Shown here piece by piece: positions 17,234-27,702 of a stretch of DNA of 64,000 nucleotides. The position numbers were made by a program, and so were the translations under genes. Source of the stretch: an uncultured Solirubrobacterales bacterium (GTDB lineage Bacteria > Actinomycetota > Thermoleophilia > Solirubrobacterales > 70-9); assembly GCA_963699225.1 (NCBI GenBank), contig OY969423.1, positions 2,032,740-2,096,739 of the forward strand, read 5' to 3'. The number at the start of each line of letters is the position of its first letter. Position 1 is the first letter of the stretch. Under the pieces are notes generated by a model. That model was given only the letters and a program-made list of their open reading frames with translations, made no database searches and was not told the DNA's origin.

Positions 17234-17872
17234 ATGAAGAAGCTCGCTCCTGCGATTCTCGCTGCCCTGGCCCTGCTCGTCGCGCTCTTGGCCACCGGCC
17301 CCGGCGCGACGGCCGCGCCGACGAGCTGCCCCAGCTTCCGCGTCCTCCACGACGACCGCATTGGTCCCGCCGTTCTGCCAGCCGGCAGCTACACGATCAC
17401 GATCGATTCGACCTCGGGACTTGCCTGCGGAGCGGCGGCGAAACTCTTCACCCGCTTTCTCGAGGACTACGACGGGGTTCTTCCCAGGCCATGGAGAGTG
17501 AGCGCCGAAGGGAGCGGCAAGGCGTCGTTCAAGCCCGGCGACGCTGCCGGCTTCTCGGTCTCGCGCAGCAGCGGAAGTGGCGAAGGGAGCTCTTTGCTCG
17601 GTGCTCTCTGCAATGGCACCTTCACGGTCAACGCCAGCACCCGGGTCGGCCCGCTGTTCTTCCCCAAGGCCGGCTACCTGCTCTACATCCCGCCGCGATC
17701 GGGGATCAGCTGCCGCCGCGCCTCCATCCTCTTCACCCGCTTCCTCGGTGCCGGCGGCGCCTTGCCGCAACCCTGGCGAACGATTGCCCAGACGGCGACC
17801 TTCTACAAGCCGGCCAACCCGACGCGCTCGGCTTTCCGCGTTGAGCCGCTGAGCGGCGCCGGTCCCCGCTAG
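17234..17872 (+). CDS. secreted protein with an internal two-fold repeat
   Basis: MKKLAPAILAALALLVALLATGPGATAAP is a signal peptide. Repeat 1 is SCPSFRVLHDDRIGPAVLPAGSYTITIDS..CGAAAKLFTRFLEDYDGVLPRPWRV. Repeat 2 is LCNGTFTVNASTRVGPLFFPKAGYLLYIPP..SCRRASILFTRFLGAGGALPQPWRT. Confidence 0.65.
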   Translation: MKKLAPAILAALALLVALLATGPGATAAPTSCPSFRVLHDDRIGPAVLPAGSYTITIDSTSGLACGAAAKLFTRFLEDYDGVLPRPWRVSAEGSGKASFKPGDAAGFSVSRSSGSGEGSSLLGALCNGTFTVNASTRVGPLFFPKAGYLLYIPPRSGISCRRASILFTRFLGAGGALPQPWRTIAQTATFYKPANPTRSAFRVEPLSGAGPR

Positions 17873-19182
17873 AGCGCCAGCGAGAGCGGCTCTTCGAGCA
17901 GCGAGCGCACGCGGGCGAGGAATTCGGCGGCGGGGGCGCCGTAGAGGATGCGGTGGTCGCAGGCGAGGTTGACCCGCATCAGGTGCGCGGTGGTGGTCTG
18001 GCCGTCGCGAACGACGGGGCGCTCGCTGATCGCGCCGACGGCGAGGATTGCCGCCTGCGGAGGGTTGATCACGGCGGCGAAGCTGTCGATGCCGAACATC
18101 CCCAGGTTGGAGACGGTGAAGGTCGCCCCCGAGAGCTCCGGCGGCGTGATCTGCCCGTCCCGCACCCGCTGTGCCAACGCCCGCGAATCGCCGGCGATCT
18201 GCCGCAGGTTCTTCTGGTCGGCATCGAAGATCGTCGGCACCACGAGCGCATCCCGAGCCGCCACCGCCACCCCGATGTTCACCCGCGAATAGAGCTCGAA
18301 GCGCCCATCCCGATAAGCCCCATTGGCCCGAGGATGATCCCGCAGCGCCAACGCACAAGCCTTGACCACCATGTCGTTGAACGAAGGAACGACGTCGCCT
18401 TCTTTGGCTCCGGCTTTGATTTGGGACCGAGCCGCAACCAACCGACTCATATCGATCTCTGCCTCCAAATAGAAGTGCGGCGCCGTCGCCTTCGACTCCG
18501 ACATCCGCCTGGCGACCGTCGACTGCAGCTTCGACGGGTCTTCGTAGCTGACGGTCCCCTTGGCTGTTTCGGGAGCAGGAGCTGCTGGTGCGGAAGTGCT
18601 GGCTGGGGACGGAGCGGTCGCAGGTTCAAATCCTGTCTCCCCGGTAGGTGTGCCACCAGCTTTCTCGACATCGGCCTTGACGATCCGACCACCTGGCCCG
18701 GAGCCCTGAAGCTGTGCCAAGTCGAGACCCTTCTCCTTGGCAATCCGTCGAGCCACCGGTGACGCCTTCGGGCGCTCGCCGCCTCCGTTGGAAGCCGGTG
18801 GTGCATTGATCGCAGCTTCCGCGGGTGGCGCCGTAGGGGGTACCGCCCCTGAGGAAGCTTTAGCTACCGGAGGGGGCGGTGGGTCCCCTGCGGCGACAGG
18901 ACCCGCGGCAGTGCGGTCGGTCCCTCCACCGTCCCGATCGGACGCATCTGCATCCCCGACTGTCGCAATGGGGGTTCCGATCGCAACGGTCTCACCCTCC
19001 CGGACCAGAATCTCGCTAAGCGTCCCCGCCACGTCGCTTTCGTAAGCCATATTCGCCTTGTCGGTCTCGATCTCGACGAGCTCATCTCCCACGGCCACCT
19101 CGTCCCCAACCTGCTTCAGCCACTGCAGGATCGTTCCCTCCTCCATCGAGTCGGACAGCCTCGGCATCACGATCTCGGCCAT
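17869..19182 (-). CDS. dihydrolipoamide acyltransferase (E2 of a 2-oxoacid dehydrogenase complex)
   Basis: N-terminal lipoyl domain (VEIETDKANMAYE). E3-binding segment (ASPVARRIAKEKGLDL). Catalytic domain with the DHRILYG motif. Confidence 0.92.
   Translation of the reverse strand: MAEIVMPRLSDSMEEGTILQWLKQVGDEVAVGDELVEIETDKANMAYESDVAGTLSEILVREGETVAIGTPIATVGDADASDRDGGGTDRTAAGPVAAGDPPPPPVAKASSGAVPPTAPPAEAAINAPPASNGGGERPKASPVARRIAKEKGLDLAQLQGSGPGGRIVKADVEKAGGTPTGETGFEPATAPSPASTSAPAAPAPETAKGTVSYEDPSKLQSTVARRMSESKATAPHFYLEAEIDMSRLVAARSQIKAGAKEGDVVPSFNDMVVKACALALRDHPRANGAYRDGRFELYSRVNIGVAVAARDALVVPTIFDADQKNLRQIAGDSRALAQRVRDGQITPPELSGATFTVSNLGMFGIDSFAAVINPPQAAILAVGAISERPVVRDGQTTTAHLMRVNLACDHRILYGAPAAEFLARVRSLLEEPLSLAL
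18819..18908 (-). repeat. family-2 90-nt imperfect palindromic repeat, translated in frame within the E2 linker
   Basis: 81/90 nt identical to 54119-54208 (hand alignment). Terminal inverted repeat CCGCGGGT...ACCCGCGG. Encodes [29 protein letters not shown]. Confidence 0.8.
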
Positions 19183-20171
19183 CAGATCGACCCCTCCAAA
19201 GCAGCCAGTGCCGCCTTAACGACGTGCTCCTCATGAGGAATGGCAGCCTGCTCCAGCCGCCTCGAGTACGGCATGTGCACGTCGGCCCCGGTCACCCGTT
19301 GCACCGGCGCGTCGAGGTGGTCGAAGGCCTGCTCGGTGATCAGCGTCGCCAGGTTGGCGCCGACGCCGCCGTGCGGCCAGCCCTCCTCGACGATCACCGC
19401 CCGGTTCGTTTTGCGCACCGAGGCGAGGATCGTGTCGAGGTCGAGCGGGCGCAGCGTGCGCGGGTCGATCACCTCGGCCTCGACGCCGTGCTTGTCCGCC
19501 AGCGTCTGGGCCGCCTCCGCGGCCGTGTGGGCCATTTTGAGGATGCCGATGATCGTCACGTCGCCGCCCTCGCGGCGCACCGCGGCCTCGCCGAAGCGCA
19601 GCACCTCACCGTCGCCCTCGGGCACCTCACCGCGCGCCCCGTAGAGGCTCTCGTGCTCGATGAAGATCACCGGGTTGTCGTCACGGATCGCCGTCTTCAG
19701 CAGCGCCTTGCCGTCAGCCGGGGTCGAGGGGCAGGCGACGAGCAACCCGGGCACCTGCAGGAAGAGGGCCTCGAAGCTGTGCGAGTGGGTGGGGCCGAGC
19801 TGGTGGCCGCCGCCACCGGGCATCCGCACCACCATCGGCACCCGCGCCTGGCCGTTGAACATGTAGGGGATCGCGGCGGCGTGGTTGATGATCTGGTCGA
19901 GCGCGAGCAGCGAGAAGTTGACCGTCATCAGCTCGACGATCGGCCGCAGGCCGCCCATCGCCGCGCCGACCCCGGCGCCGACGATCGTGTTCTCGGAGAT
20001 CGGCGTGTCGCGCACGCGGCGCTCGCCGAACTCGTCGAGCAGGCCCTCGGTCACCTTGAAGGCGCCCTGGAAGACGGCGACGTCCTCGCCCATCACCAGC
20101 ACCGCCTCGTCGCGGCGCATCTCCTCCGCCATCGCGTCGCGCAGCGCCTCGCGCATTCGCAGCTCCGCCAT
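19182..20171 (-). CDS. 2-oxoacid dehydrogenase E1 component beta subunit
   Basis: 329 aa. The transketolase-like pyrimidine-binding and C-terminal domains are typical of PdhB/BkdB. Start and stop overlap the neighbouring genes by 1 nt. Confidence 0.93.
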   Translation of the reverse strand: MAELRMREALRDAMAEEMRRDEAVLVMGEDVAVFQGAFKVTEGLLDEFGERRVRDTPISENTIVGAGVGAAMGGLRPIVELMTVNFSLLALDQIINHAAAIPYMFNGQARVPMVVRMPGGGGHQLGPTHSHSFEALFLQVPGLLVACPSTPADGKALLKTAIRDDNPVIFIEHESLYGARGEVPEGDGEVLRFGEAAVRREGGDVTIIGILKMAHTAAEAAQTLADKHGVEAEVIDPRTLRPLDLDTILASVRKTNRAVIVEEGWPHGGVGANLATLITEQAFDHLDAPVQRVTGADVHMPYSRRLEQAAIPHEEHVVKAALAALEGSI

Positions 20172-21358
20172 CAGTCCGCCGCCTCCTCGACCTCTTCGGC
20201 GACCTCGGGCTCGGTGCCCTCCTGGGCATCGCCGTGGGTCGCCGGGTTGGGGCGCGACCCGCCGTCCTGTTGCTCCGCGTAGGCGGCTCCCGCCTCGGCC
20301 AGCTCGCGGGCGGCGTCGGGCATCTTGCTCTCGTGCTCGCCGCGGTGCGGCTCGGGGCTGCGCTCGTCGACCGCGTACCAGGCGTCGCTGTCGAGCACGT
20401 AGAGGTTCTCGTAGAGGGTGTCGAGCGGCGGCTCCTCCGAGGCCTCGGCGAACTCGACCGCCGCCAGCACCGTCTGCTCGGCCTTGTCGCGCACCTCCTG
20501 CAGCTCACGCTCGCCGAGCACGCCTGCCTCGATGCAGCGCCGCGCGAAGCTCTCGATCGGATCCTTCTGGCGCCACTCCTCGACCTCGTCGCGCTCGCGG
20601 TAGACCTCGGGGTCGGCGGCGGAGTGGCCGCGGTAGCGGTAGGTGAAGGCCTCGATCAGGGTCGGGCGACGCTCCTCGCGTGCCAGCCGCACGCCCTCGG
20701 CGACGCCCTCGCGCACCGCCAGCACGTCCATGCCGTCGATCCGCCGGCCGGAGATGCCATAGCCCTCGGCCTTCTTCGAGAGGTCGGTCTGGGCCGAGTG
20801 GCGCTCGACCGAGGTGCCCATCCCGTAGAGGTTGTTCTCGACCAGGAAGAGGATCGGCAGGCTCCAGAGCGCCGCCAGGTTCATCGTCTCGCCGAAGTTG
20901 CCGGCGTTGGAGGCGCCGTCGCCGAACATGCAGACGGTGACCGCGTCTTCGCCCTTGAAGTCCGAGGAGAGCGCCAGCCCGGCCGCGATCGGCAGGTTGC
21001 CGCCGACGATCCCGTAGCCGCCCATGAAGCGCCGCTCGGCGTCGAAGATGTGCATCGAGCCGCCGCGCCCGCCGCTGGTCCCGTCGACGCGGCCGAAGAG
21101 CTCGGCCATCACCCGCTTGGGGTCGGTGCCGCGGGCGATCGCGTGCCCGTGGGTGCGGTAGGTGCCGATCAGGTAGTCCTCCTCGCGCATCACCGAGGTG
21201 GTGCCGACGATCGTCGCCTCCTCGCCGATCGCCAGGTGCAGGAAGCCACCGGCTTTGGCCCGCTGGTACTGGCGCCCCGCCTCCTCCTCGAAGCGGCGGA
21301 TCAGCGCCATGCGGGCGAGGAGCTCGTAGGAGGTGGTGGCGTCAGGCAAATCTGCCAT
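20171..21358 (-). CDS. 2-oxoacid dehydrogenase E1 component alpha subunit (TPP-binding), with an acidic C-terminal extension
   Basis: GDGASNAGNFGETMNLAALWSLPILFLVENNLYGM is the TPP motif (GDG...NN). ATG 21358 (MADLPDATTSYEL) is preferred over 21409 because it avoids overlapping the upstream gene and follows AAGGTGG. Confidence 0.9.
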   Translation of the reverse strand: MADLPDATTSYELLARMALIRRFEEEAGRQYQRAKAGGFLHLAIGEEATIVGTTSVMREEDYLIGTYRTHGHAIARGTDPKRVMAELFGRVDGTSGGRGGSMHIFDAERRFMGGYGIVGGNLPIAAGLALSSDFKGEDAVTVCMFGDGASNAGNFGETMNLAALWSLPILFLVENNLYGMGTSVERHSAQTDLSKKAEGYGISGRRIDGMDVLAVREGVAEGVRLAREERRPTLIEAFTYRYRGHSAADPEVYRERDEVEEWRQKDPIESFARRCIEAGVLGERELQEVRDKAEQTVLAAVEFAEASEEPPLDTLYENLYVLDSDAWYAVDERSPEPHRGEHESKMPDAARELAEAGAAYAEQQDGGSRPNPATHGDAQEGTEPEVAEEVEEAAD

Positions 21359-21368
21359 TGAGGCCACC

Positions 21369-21965
21369 TTAGCTAGCTGCGGCGACCGCCTCCTCGACTC
21401 GGTCGTCACCCCAGAAGACTTGGTCGCCGACGACCAGCGCTGGGACCCCGCTGACGCCTCGCTCGGCCGCGCCGTCCGTCGCCTCGCGCAGGGCGTTCTT
21501 CACGTGTTGGGTCTCGACCGCCTTGAGCAGCGCCTTGGGGTGCAGCTCGCAGCCGGCGGCGGCGATCAACACGTTGTCGGGCTCGCTCAGGTCGCGCCCG
21601 GCGACGAAGGCCTGGCGGAAGGCGGCGAGGGCGAAGGAGACGGTGCGGCCGGTCTGCTTGGCGAAAGTTGCCGCCCGCATCGCCATCAGCATGTTGCCGG
21701 GCCAGGGCTCTGGCCAGACCAACGCTGGCAGCCCGTACTCGGCGCCGCGCCGCTCGACCTCGGCCATCCCCGCCTCGCGCTCGGCGCCGTTGCCCCAGGA
21801 GTCGCGCTCGAAGTGTCGGAACAGGCCACCGAGCAGGATCGGCTGCCACTCCGGCTGCTCCAGCCCCGCTTCGGTGAAGAGCGCGCTAACCCGCTCCGCG
21901 GTCAGGTACGCGTAGGGCGAACCGAGGTCGAAGTAAAAAGTGACGCGGGGGCGCGACTCAGCCAC
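21369..21965 (-). CDS. 2-hydroxychromene-2-carboxylate isomerase / DsbA-like thioredoxin-fold protein
   Basis: RVTFYFDLGSPYAYLTAERV...GVSGVPALVVGDQVFWGDDRV matches the HCCA isomerase family pattern. Confidence 0.8.
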   Translation of the reverse strand: MAESRPRVTFYFDLGSPYAYLTAERVSALFTEAGLEQPEWQPILLGGLFRHFERDSWGNGAEREAGMAEVERRGAEYGLPALVWPEPWPGNMLMAMRAATFAKQTGRTVSFALAAFRQAFVAGRDLSEPDNVLIAAAGCELHPKALLKAVETQHVKNALREATDGAAERGVSGVPALVVGDQVFWGDDRVEEAVAAAS

Positions 21966-22012
21966 ACGTCGACTCTATGGGCAGCGACGAGAGGCGCTGC
22001 GTGACGTGCGTC

Positions 22013-23380
22013 TCAGGCGTGAATCGCTCCACCAGCGACGGCTCGCGCCGCTTCTGGAATCGCCTCGGAGATCGTCGGGTGGGGGTGGACGATCTGGGCC
22101 AGCTCTTGGTAACCGCCCTCCAGCGCCATCGTCGCGATCAGCTCGGCGATCATGTCGCAGGCGCGGTTGCCGACGATGTGGGCGCCGAGGATCTCGCCGT
22201 ACTTGGAGTCGACGACGAGCTTGACCAGGCCATCTTTGTCGTCGTAGACAGTGGCCCCGCCGACGCCGCCCAGCTTCTGCTTGCCGACCTTGACGTCAAA
22301 ACCGGCCTCCTTGGCTGCCGCCTCGGTGAGGCCGACGCTGGCGACCTGCGGGTGGCAGAAGGTGGCGCCGGCGACGAGGTTCTGGTCGACCGGGTGGGCG
22401 GGCTCGCCGGCGGCGTGCTCGGCCGCGACGACGCCCTCCTCGGAAGCCTTGTGGGCGAGAGCCTTGGCGTTGACCAGGTCGCCGATCGCATAGACCTTCG
22501 GGTTCGAGGTGCGCTGGTACTCGTCGACCTTGACCTTGCCTTTGTCGGTCAGCTCAACTCCGGCGCCCTCGAGCCCAAGGCCCTCGACGTCGGGAGCGCG
22601 GCCGCCGGCGATGCAGAGGTAGTCGACCTCGATCTTCTCCTCGCCGTAGCTGAGCTTGACCGAGCCATCGCTCGCCTCGACGTCGCTGACCGGAGTGCCG
22701 GTGGAGATCGTGATGTTCTGCTTCTTGAAGGCACGCTCGACCACGCGGGCCATGTCCTTGTCCTCGGCGGGGAGGATCTGGTCGAGCATCTCGATCAGCA
22801 CCACCTCGGTGCCGAAGCGGCCGTAGGCGGAAGCGATCTCACAGCCCGAGGCGCCGGCGCCGGCGACGGCGATCTTCTGCGGCTGCTCGGGCAGCGACCA
22901 GGCGCCCCAGGTGTCGACGACGCGCCCGCCGAACTCGACCCCGGGGATCGGCAGCGCGACCGAGCCGGTGGCGAGCACGACCGCGCCCGCCTCGTAGACC
23001 TCGTCGCCGACCTTGACGTTGCCCTCGGGGGTCAGCGAGCCTGAGCCCTCGATCAGCGTGATCTTGTTCTTGTCCCAGAGCATCTTGACCCCGCTGGAGA
23101 GCGACTCTGAGACCGAGGCGCGGCGCTTGCCCAGCGCCTCCCAGTCGATCGAGACGTCCTTGGCGACGATGCCGAGCTTTGCTCCCTCACGGGCCTGCTC
23201 GTAGATCTCCGCCGTGCGCAGCACGGTCTTGGCCGGGATGCAGGCGTAATTGAGGCAGCGGCCACCGGCCTTGTCGCGCTCGACGACAGCCGTTTTCTTG
23301 CCCAGCTGGGCGGCGCGGATCGCGGCCACATAGCCGCCCGGGCCCCCGCCGATGACGATCACGTCGTAAGAATCTGCCAC
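22013..23380 (-). CDS. lpdA: dihydrolipoyl dehydrogenase (E3)
   Basis: GTG 23380 gives VADSYDVIVIGGGPGGYVAAIRAAQLG (FAD GxGxxG) and the redox-active GGRCLNYACIPAK. 455 aa. The upstream part of ORF 22013-23611 is not coding. Confidence 0.92.
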   Translation of the reverse strand: MADSYDVIVIGGGPGGYVAAIRAAQLGKKTAVVERDKAGGRCLNYACIPAKTVLRTAEIYEQAREGAKLGIVAKDVSIDWEALGKRRASVSESLSSGVKMLWDKNKITLIEGSGSLTPEGNVKVGDEVYEAGAVVLATGSVALPIPGVEFGGRVVDTWGAWSLPEQPQKIAVAGAGASGCEIASAYGRFGTEVVLIEMLDQILPAEDKDMARVVERAFKKQNITISTGTPVSDVEASDGSVKLSYGEEKIEVDYLCIAGGRAPDVEGLGLEGAGVELTDKGKVKVDEYQRTSNPKVYAIGDLVNAKALAHKASEEGVVAAEHAAGEPAHPVDQNLVAGATFCHPQVASVGLTEAAAKEAGFDVKVGKQKLGGVGGATVYDDKDGLVKLVVDSKYGEILGAHIVGNRACDMIAELIATMALEGGYQELAQIVHPHPTISEAIPEAARAVAGGAIHA

Positions 23381-23409
23381 TGGTTCCCAGCCTATAGAAC
23401 AGGCGCTGC

Positions 23410-23847
23410 CTACTCGCGCGTCGGCATCTGGATCCGCGCCATCGCCTTGACCATGAAGTAGAAGAAGGTGCCGGTGACGGCGAGCAGGCCGAGGGTGGCG
23501 AGGATCTGGCCAACCGTCGCCGCCTGCAGGGCGAGGCCGTAGACGGCGCTGAAGATGAGGAAGACAAGGATCAGCTGGAAGCCGAGCACGGCCCAGTAGC
23601 GGGCGCGCCACATGCCGTAGGCCATCAAGCCCAGCAGCAGCGACGGCGCCAGGACCTGGACGAAGGGCGGTTTCTCGCCGTTCACCTTGGTGCCCGCGAG
23701 GTAGCCGATCACGATCGAGAGCACGATCAGGGCGGAGATGACCGCCCCGATCGTCACCACCAGCGGCCGCTCGCCCTTATCCAGCGGCTCGAGCGCTTCG
23801 CGGGCCTCCTGGTTGCGCTCCTCGGCGCGGGCGTAGCCGCGCTCCAT
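23410..23847 (-). CDS. small integral membrane protein
   Basis: ATG 23847 (MERGYARAEERNQ...). An alternative GTG at 23907 overlaps the thiE stop. Three to four hydrophobic helices. Confidence 0.5.
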   Translation of the reverse strand: MERGYARAEERNQEAREALEPLDKGERPLVVTIGAVISALIVLSIVIGYLAGTKVNGEKPPFVQVLAPSLLLGLMAYGMWRARYWAVLGFQLILVFLIFSAVYGLALQAATVGQILATLGLLAVTGTFFYFMVKAMARIQMPTRE

Positions 23848-23899
23848 CCGCTCGCGCGGGGTCGGCGAGGCGCCGCGCTGCTTGCGCTTGCGCGGGTGC

Positions 23900-24673
23900 T
23901 CAGGCACCGGGCGCCTCCTCGCCGAGGGGGGCGAAGGCGGCGCGCAGCGCTTCGGCGGCAGCCGCGGGATCGGTGGCGTCGCGGACCGCGCGCACGACAC
24001 AGAGCCGCCGCGCCCCGGCCTCGACCACCTGGGAGACGTTCGAGGCGTCGATGCCGCCGATCGCGAAGAACGGGTGGGGAGCGTTGGCGGCGGCGTGGGA
24101 GATCAGCTCCAGCCCCACCGCGGGTCGGCCCTGCTTCGTCGGCGTCTCCCAGATCGGCCCCACGCTGATGTAGTCCGGTGACGCGCCTGACCGGCGCATA
24201 TCTGCGTCCTCGGTCGCTTGCGTGCGGAGCACGCCGCGCTCCCTGTGTCCTTGATCTGCTTGGTCAGGCGCGTCACCGGAAGCCGCAATTTGCTCTTTTG
24301 AATGCGTGGATAGACCGACTATGGCGTCGGGGCCAAGGAGCGCTCGTGCTTCAGCGACGGTCGTGTCGTCCTGTCCCAAATGGACCCCGTCGGCGTCGCA
24401 GGCGCGCGCCAGGTCGGGGTCGTCGTTGACGATGAAGAGGGCGCTGTTGTTGTCGCAGAGGCGGCGGAAGGTCTGCGCGGCGAGCTCGATCTCGCGCCGT
24501 GGCAAAGACTTCTCGCGCAGCTGCACGATGTCGACACCGCCGCGCAAAGCCGCCGCCAGTAGCGGCTCGGGATCCTCGCCGCGGGGGCGCGCCTCGCAAC
24601 AGAGATAGAGCCGCGCCGTGCGCAGCCGCTCGCGTCGCAGCGGTCCCTCGGCCTCGGGTGGTGCCAGGCTCAT
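23900..24673 (-). CDS. thiE: thiamine-phosphate synthase carrying an in-frame ~29-aa repeat-derived insert
   Basis: ATG 24673. LYLCCEARP...GGVDIVQLREK...GVHLGQDD...IVGLSTHS...PDYISVGPIWETPTKQ...FFAIGGI are ThiE motifs. The insert is encoded by 24174-24280. Confidence 0.85.
   Translation of the reverse strand: MSLAPPEAEGPLRRERLRTARLYLCCEARPRGEDPEPLLAAALRGGVDIVQLREKSLPRREIELAAQTFRRLCDNNSALFIVNDDPDLARACDADGVHLGQDDTTVAEARALLGPDAIVGLSTHSKEQIAASGDAPDQADQGHRERGVLRTQATEDADMRRSGASPDYISVGPIWETPTKQGRPAVGLELISHAAANAPHPFFAIGGIDASNVSQVVEAGARRLCVVRAVRDATDPAAAAEALRAAFAPLGEEAPGA
24174..24280 (-). repeat. family-1 element: 69-nt conserved core (SD+ATG) closed by a perfect 19-bp inverted repeat, inside thiE
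   Basis: Arms at 24174-24192 and 24262-24280 are perfectly complementary. The core 24194-24262 is 62/69 identical to 30942-31010 (hand count). Confidence 0.85.
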
Positions 24674-24704
24674 CGTCCCATTATCGCTTGCTTGCCTCCC
24701 AGGC

Positions 24705-24806
24705 CGGGTAGCATCGGAAGGGTACGGGAGCCGAAGAGGCTGAGAGGGTGGCAACGAGGCCACCGACCGTCTGAACCTGATCCGGGTAATGCCGGCGGAG
24801 GCAATG
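24705..24806 (+). promoter_or_regulatory. TPP (THI-box) riboswitch upstream of thiO
   Basis: ACGGGAGCC...GGCUGAGAGGGUGGC...ACCGUCUGAACCUGAUCCGGGUAAUGCCGGCGGAGG matches the conserved THI-element core (CUGAGA, ACCUGAUC.GG.UAAU.CC.GCG.AGG). The GGAGG at its 3' end is the thiO SD. The boundaries are approximate. Confidence 0.85.
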
Positions 24807-24807
24807 C

Positions 24808-26924
<2,117 letters not shown>

Positions 26925-26969
26925 CCGCAAGTCCGAGTCCCCCGGCGCCCGTCTACCATGAGCGACCAC

Positions 26970-27043
26970 GCCCCCGTAGCTCAGTTGGTTAGAGCGGCGG
27001 CCTTTTAAGCCGCGCGGCGCGGGTTCGAATCCCGCCGGGGGCA
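26970..27043 (+). tRNA. tRNA-Lys (anticodon TTT)
   Basis: GCCCCCGTAGCTCAGTTGGTTAGAGCGGCGGCCTTTTAAGCCGCGCGGCGCGGGTTCGAATCCCGCCGGGGGCA. Cloverleaf fold with anticodon loop CUUUUAA. Confidence 0.92.
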
Positions 27044-27186
27044 CTTTGGCCCAACGCGGAACGCCGGATGGGTGTCTGCTCCGGACAAGGGTCGGTCACC
27101 CGAAGGGATCGCCTGGCCGGAGCGTCTTCCGATCCTCATAGCTTGATATAGGGTGCCGCTCATAGCTGACCTCAAAGGGGACTGGA

Positions 27187-27702
27187 ATGAGTCGAAGGGT
27201 GTCGTGTCTTGTCGTGGCTGGGCTTGTCCTGATGGCTGCTCTTGCCGCGGCCGTTGCCGCTGGCGAGCCAATTACACCCAAGCTCGGTCTTTACTACGGT
27301 CGGGTGGTGGGGCCTGAAAAAGACGGAGAAGTTGAGGTTCACGAAACCGAAGTCAAAGTGGTGAAGGTTGGTAAGCGCCAAGGTGCACAGGTCAGCGTAA
27401 GCCCTTTCTCGCCGGCAAGCTGCACCGGCGATCAGGTGCCAGTTGAGTTTTCAGTGCTGGAAAAATCCGCCCTTCCAATCGAGAACGCGAAGTTCAAGCT
27501 CGACCACACAACGCACCCGAGTCTCGCCGGGGGTCACGGGACCGGAACCATGAGAACCGTACTCACCGGGACTTTTACGTCCCCCACGAAGGTGGTTGTG
27601 AAAGTGTCCGTGAACTTCTCTTACAGCATCCAGTATCCGGGACAGCCTGAAATAGAAGGTACGTGTACGGGCAAGCAGACCAGCATCGGCAAGCATCAAT
27701 AG
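27187..27702 (+). CDS. secreted hypothetical protein (lower-GC gene next to tRNA-Lys)
   Basis: Signal peptide MSRRVSCLVVAGLVLMAALAAAVAAGEP. Beta-rich, 171 aa. It has noticeably more A/T at third codon positions than its neighbours. Confidence 0.6.
   Translation: MSRRVSCLVVAGLVLMAALAAAVAAGEPITPKLGLYYGRVVGPEKDGEVEVHETEVKVVKVGKRQGAQVSVSPFSPASCTGDQVPVEFSVLEKSALPIENAKFKLDHTTHPSLAGGHGTGTMRTVLTGTFTSPTKVVVKVSVNFSYSIQYPGQPEIEGTCTGKQTSIGKHQ

Noticed and set aside
22013-23611. The longer lpdA ORF (532 aa).
   Set aside because: The FAD-binding GxGxxG normally lies within about 15 residues of the N-terminus. GTG 23380 restores this arrangement, and the upstream 77 codons overlap the neighbouring membrane-protein gene.
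24194-24262. The family-1 core as a known riboswitch or ribozyme (hammerhead, twister, ZTP) or a retron msr/msd.
   Set aside because: No catalytic-core or aptamer consensus could be matched by eye (CUGAUGA...GAAA, for example). No reverse transcriptase gene is nearby. The element is left unclassified pending covariance-model searches.
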